A stretch of 64,000 nt of DNA. Origin: Cyanobacteriota bacterium. GTDB taxonomy: Bacteria > Cyanobacteriota > Cyanobacteriia > Thermostichales > Thermostichaceae. Within the stretch, counting starts at the first letter, position 1; each line of letters opens with the position of its first letter. This document shows positions 61,402-64,000 of this stretch, in pieces. The position numbers and the translations under genes were made by a program. The notes beneath the pieces were generated by a model, which searched no databases, was not told the DNA's origin, and was given only the letters and a program-made list of their open reading frames with translations. The stretch covers positions 69,918-133,917 of the forward strand of contig JANRIL010000015.1 in the NCBI GenBank assembly GCA_033764955.1, given 5' to 3'.

Positions 61402-61616
61402 GGCCGGATCCTTAAAAAATGCAAATACCTTCTGCCATTGTCGCCTTAAGTTTTGTTAAGCGCTAGAGGGGATCCCCCTATTCTCCCTCCCATTCGGGAA
61501 TGGCGGATTTCAGGATTGGGCAGGTTTCGGCAAGCAGGAGATACTAGATCTACGGGGCATCCTCAGGAAAACAGGTTTGAGCTGAAGGTGGGGATCCCGT
61601 TGACACGCTTGGGAGG

Positions 61617-62927
61617 ATGACTGTGGCGGCAAAAACCCTTGTCATGGATGCGGTAGAGCAACTGGATTTTCGGGTGACGGTGGGGGACGTGGCCTCCTCC
61701 ACGGGCTTAGCTCTAGGGGAAGCTCGTCGGGAGTTATTGAGCTTGGCGGCAGAGGCGGAAGGGCATCTTCAGGTGTCTGGACAAGGGGATATGGCTTTTG
61801 CCTTTGCCAAAAACTTTCGGCAAATTTTGACCCGCAAACAACAACAGGATCGGCAGGCACAGCTACGCCAAAAACTCTGGCAAGCTCTCCTCTACGGGCT
61901 ACGCATCTCCTTTGGCATTTTGCTGATTGTGTCGATTGTCCTGATTATTCTGGCCTTGATTGCCCTGCAAACCGCTAGCCAACAGGAGAATCAAAACAAT
62001 CGTCGGCAGGATCGGGGGGGAGGCTTTGGCTTTTTCTTCTTCCCCAACCTGTGGTACGGCAATCCCTTCTGGGATCCCGATGGCTATGATTCGGATCGCC
62101 GTTCTCGCCGCTCCCGCAGAGGCGAGGAAAAAGCGGAAATGAATTTTTTGGAGGCGGTCTATTCCTTTTTGTTTGGGGATGGAGATCCCAATGGGGATCT
62201 AGACGCCGAGCGTTATCGCTTAGTGGGTCAGGTGATTCGTGCCCATGATGGCGTGGTAGCGGGTGAACAATTGCTACCGTTTTTGGATGTCAACCCTGGT
62301 TCGACAGCTTTGGAATATGAAGACTATATGCTGCCGATTTTGGTCAAGTTTGATGGGCAACCGGAGGTGAGTGAAGCGGGGCAAATTATCTATCGATTTC
62401 CCGAATTGCAGGTGGTGGCGGCAGATCGCCAAAAACAACGCCCCCCCGTATTATTGCAGGAAAAACTTTGGCCCTTTAGCCGCGCTACCCCCGGACAACT
62501 CACTCTGGCTGGCGGATTGGGGCTGCTCAATCTGGTGCTCGCCTCCATGCTGTTTGGGCTACGCGGACAAGTGGCTACTGCTGCCGCGCAGGGATCCGGT
62601 CTATTGGCGCTGATTAATCCTCTGATTGGGGTGCTCTGGATCTACGGGCTTTTGTTTATGGGGATCCCGCTTGTTCGTTGGCTAACGCTGCGCCGCCGCA
62701 ATCAAAAGGTTGCCCACCGTAATCAACAACGGCGGCAATGGGCGGAGCAACTGCGAACTCCAACCGAATTCCTCGCTCACAAGCTACAGTTTGCCCGTCA
62801 GTTTGCTCGACAAGCCATTGTTGGGCAACAGGATATTATTTACTCCACGGAGCATAATCTGGTGGAACAACGAGACTATGAGCTGGATCGCCCTGAATTT
62901 CAAGCGTTACTGGATTCGGAGCCTTGA
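61617..62927 (+). CDS. Conserved cyanobacterial/plastid membrane protein of unknown function
   Basis: RVTVGDVA, RISFG, FLEAVYSFLFGDGDPN, FDGQPEVS, IIYRFPELQ. Confidence 0.8.
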   Translation: MTVAAKTLVMDAVEQLDFRVTVGDVASSTGLALGEARRELLSLAAEAEGHLQVSGQGDMAFAFAKNFRQILTRKQQQDRQAQLRQKLWQALLYGLRISFGILLIVSIVLIILALIALQTASQQENQNNRRQDRGGGFGFFFFPNLWYGNPFWDPDGYDSDRRSRRSRRGEEKAEMNFLEAVYSFLFGDGDPNGDLDAERYRLVGQVIRAHDGVVAGEQLLPFLDVNPGSTALEYEDYMLPILVKFDGQPEVSEAGQIIYRFPELQVVAADRQKQRPPVLLQEKLWPFSRATPGQLTLAGGLGLLNLVLASMLFGLRGQVATAAAQGSGLLALINPLIGVLWIYGLLFMGIPLVRWLTLRRRNQKVAHRNQQRRQWAEQLRTPTEFLAHKLQFARQFARQAIVGQQDIIYSTEHNLVEQRDYELDRPEFQALLDSEP

Positions 62928-63691
62928 TTGCCGAGGATGTTCTCATGCCACAAGAATGGTTAGCCATCATCGAAGGCAATACCCATCATCGCTGGGGCTG
63001 GTTTCGGGCTAATCAGTTACAAAAAGTGGAAGCTTTTTCTCCTCTAGAAGCACCCGATTGGCCGGAAAATCAAGAGATTTGGCTGGCCTCTGTTGGCCGA
63101 CCTGTGTATCAAAGGATAACTTCGCAACAGATTGTGCGCCTGCAATTATCCGATGTTCCTTTAGCAGGGCTATATGCCAACCTGGGGCTGGATCGGGCGT
63201 TGGCGCTCTTGGCGGCAGGGTGGCGGTATAGTTGGCCCAGTTTGGTGATTGATGGGGGTACGGCTCTCACCCTCACCGCCGCTGATGGCAAGGGACGTTT
63301 TGTCGGAGGAGCAATTTTGCCGGGGTTGGCGCTACAGGCGCGGGCACTGCATGAATACACAGTCGCCTTGCCTAACGTTGACTTTACGGCTGATATCCCT
63401 GAAGGGGAGTGGCGGGTAGCCTGCAAAACCCGTTGGGGCATGAATACGCAGGATGCCATTCACTCCGGCATTTTGCGAACTGTAGTGGCAGGATTGGCTG
63501 ACTTTGTTCAGGATTGGTGGGGGAGCTATCCCAACGGTTGCTTGGTGGTGACGGGGGGGGATAGTCCGTTGCTCAGCCGCTGGCTGGGATGGCATCTCAG
63601 CAACACTTTGCCCCAGTGTCAGGTGCAACGGGATCCCGATCTGGTTTTGCAGGGTATCGCCATTTGTCGGGCTAACAAAGTCCCGCCCTAG
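62924..63691 (+). CDS. coaX: Type III pantothenate kinase
   Basis: GNT, GLDR, VIDGGTALT, GGAILPG, VTGGD. Confidence 0.9.
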   Translation: MIAEDVLMPQEWLAIIEGNTHHRWGWFRANQLQKVEAFSPLEAPDWPENQEIWLASVGRPVYQRITSQQIVRLQLSDVPLAGLYANLGLDRALALLAAGWRYSWPSLVIDGGTALTLTAADGKGRFVGGAILPGLALQARALHEYTVALPNVDFTADIPEGEWRVACKTRWGMNTQDAIHSGILRTVVAGLADFVQDWWGSYPNGCLVVTGGDSPLLSRWLGWHLSNTLPQCQVQRDPDLVLQGIAICRANKVPP

Positions 63692-63863
63692 CGATTTAGG
63701 ACATGTCATCAATTGAAAGCGGATAACTGAACTCTCGATGCAATAGCTCTACTTTTCTTGCGTGCTAAGGAGTCATGGCTCATCCGCAATGGGATCCCGT
63801 ACTCTATCCCGCCGCATCCTGGCATAGCGTTTAATGAGTAGAGAATGAAACGACCAATCCACT

Positions 63864-64000
63864 GAGCTTCTTGCAAAAGAGGGAAAAGGGGGATAGACCC
63901 AGGGAGAAGGTAGACCCACCCCTAACCCATGAGATATGAAGAAATCCAGCAACTACCCCGTGCCCAGTTCAAGCGATTGTGTGGGGTGATGCCAGAAACG
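63864..64000 (+). mobile_element. Left end of an IS5-family (ISL2-like) element; transposase starts at 63929 and runs off the window
   Basis: GAGCTTCTTGCAAAAG terminal-repeat-like end; MRYEEIQQLPRAQFKRLCGVMPET resembles the FKRLxGV N-terminus of these transposases. Confidence 0.6.

Larger units (their letters stand above)
1..64000. repeat. Highly iterated palindrome GGGATCCC (HIP variant), dispersed through the window
   Basis: Dozens of copies in coding and intergenic DNA, e.g. 563, 891, 1262, 2051, 3249, 15162, 15180. Confidence 0.9.

Noticed and set aside
425..63712. Many long alternative-frame or antisense ORFs (e.g. 425-1156, 1218-1955, 32465-33028, 57237-57941)
   Set aside because: They overlap well-supported genes and are shadow ORFs expected at this GC content.
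1..64000. CRISPR array, rRNA or prophage
   Set aside because: No regularly spaced repeats with unique spacers, and no rRNA-like, cas or phage genes seen.

Overview
Chromosomal region of a cyanobacterium. The very dense GGGATCCC palindrome, in place of canonical HIP1 GCGATCGC, suggests a Thermostichus / hot-spring Synechococcus-type lineage (inference). It is mostly housekeeping: pipY-sepF-proC, gpsA, rdgB, cysK, carA, tRNA-Lys, metK, ndk, murA, clpX, scpA, ftsEX, rplU-rpmA, vipp1, purB, aroE, sucD, cysC, gshB, coaX. The most striking element is an AT-rich two-gene integron-type cassette (cupin + SnoaL-like cyclase, 9191-10276). It carries a single attC site, has no integrase in the window, and appears inserted at a non-att GAT site downstream of cysK. 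Other notable items are a SAM-I riboswitch with terminator upstream of metK, back-to-back with a probable 6S RNA, and a structured rplU leader. There are several apparent pseudo-enzymes (BcsA-like GT2, HAD, GGDEF, SNase) and an output-less c-type heme/HAMP sensor next to a PhnD-like lipoprotein and a PP2C. Mobile relics include MITE-like repeats, an IS1 fragment and the start of an IS5-like element at the right edge. All calls come from reading motifs by eye; no searches were run.
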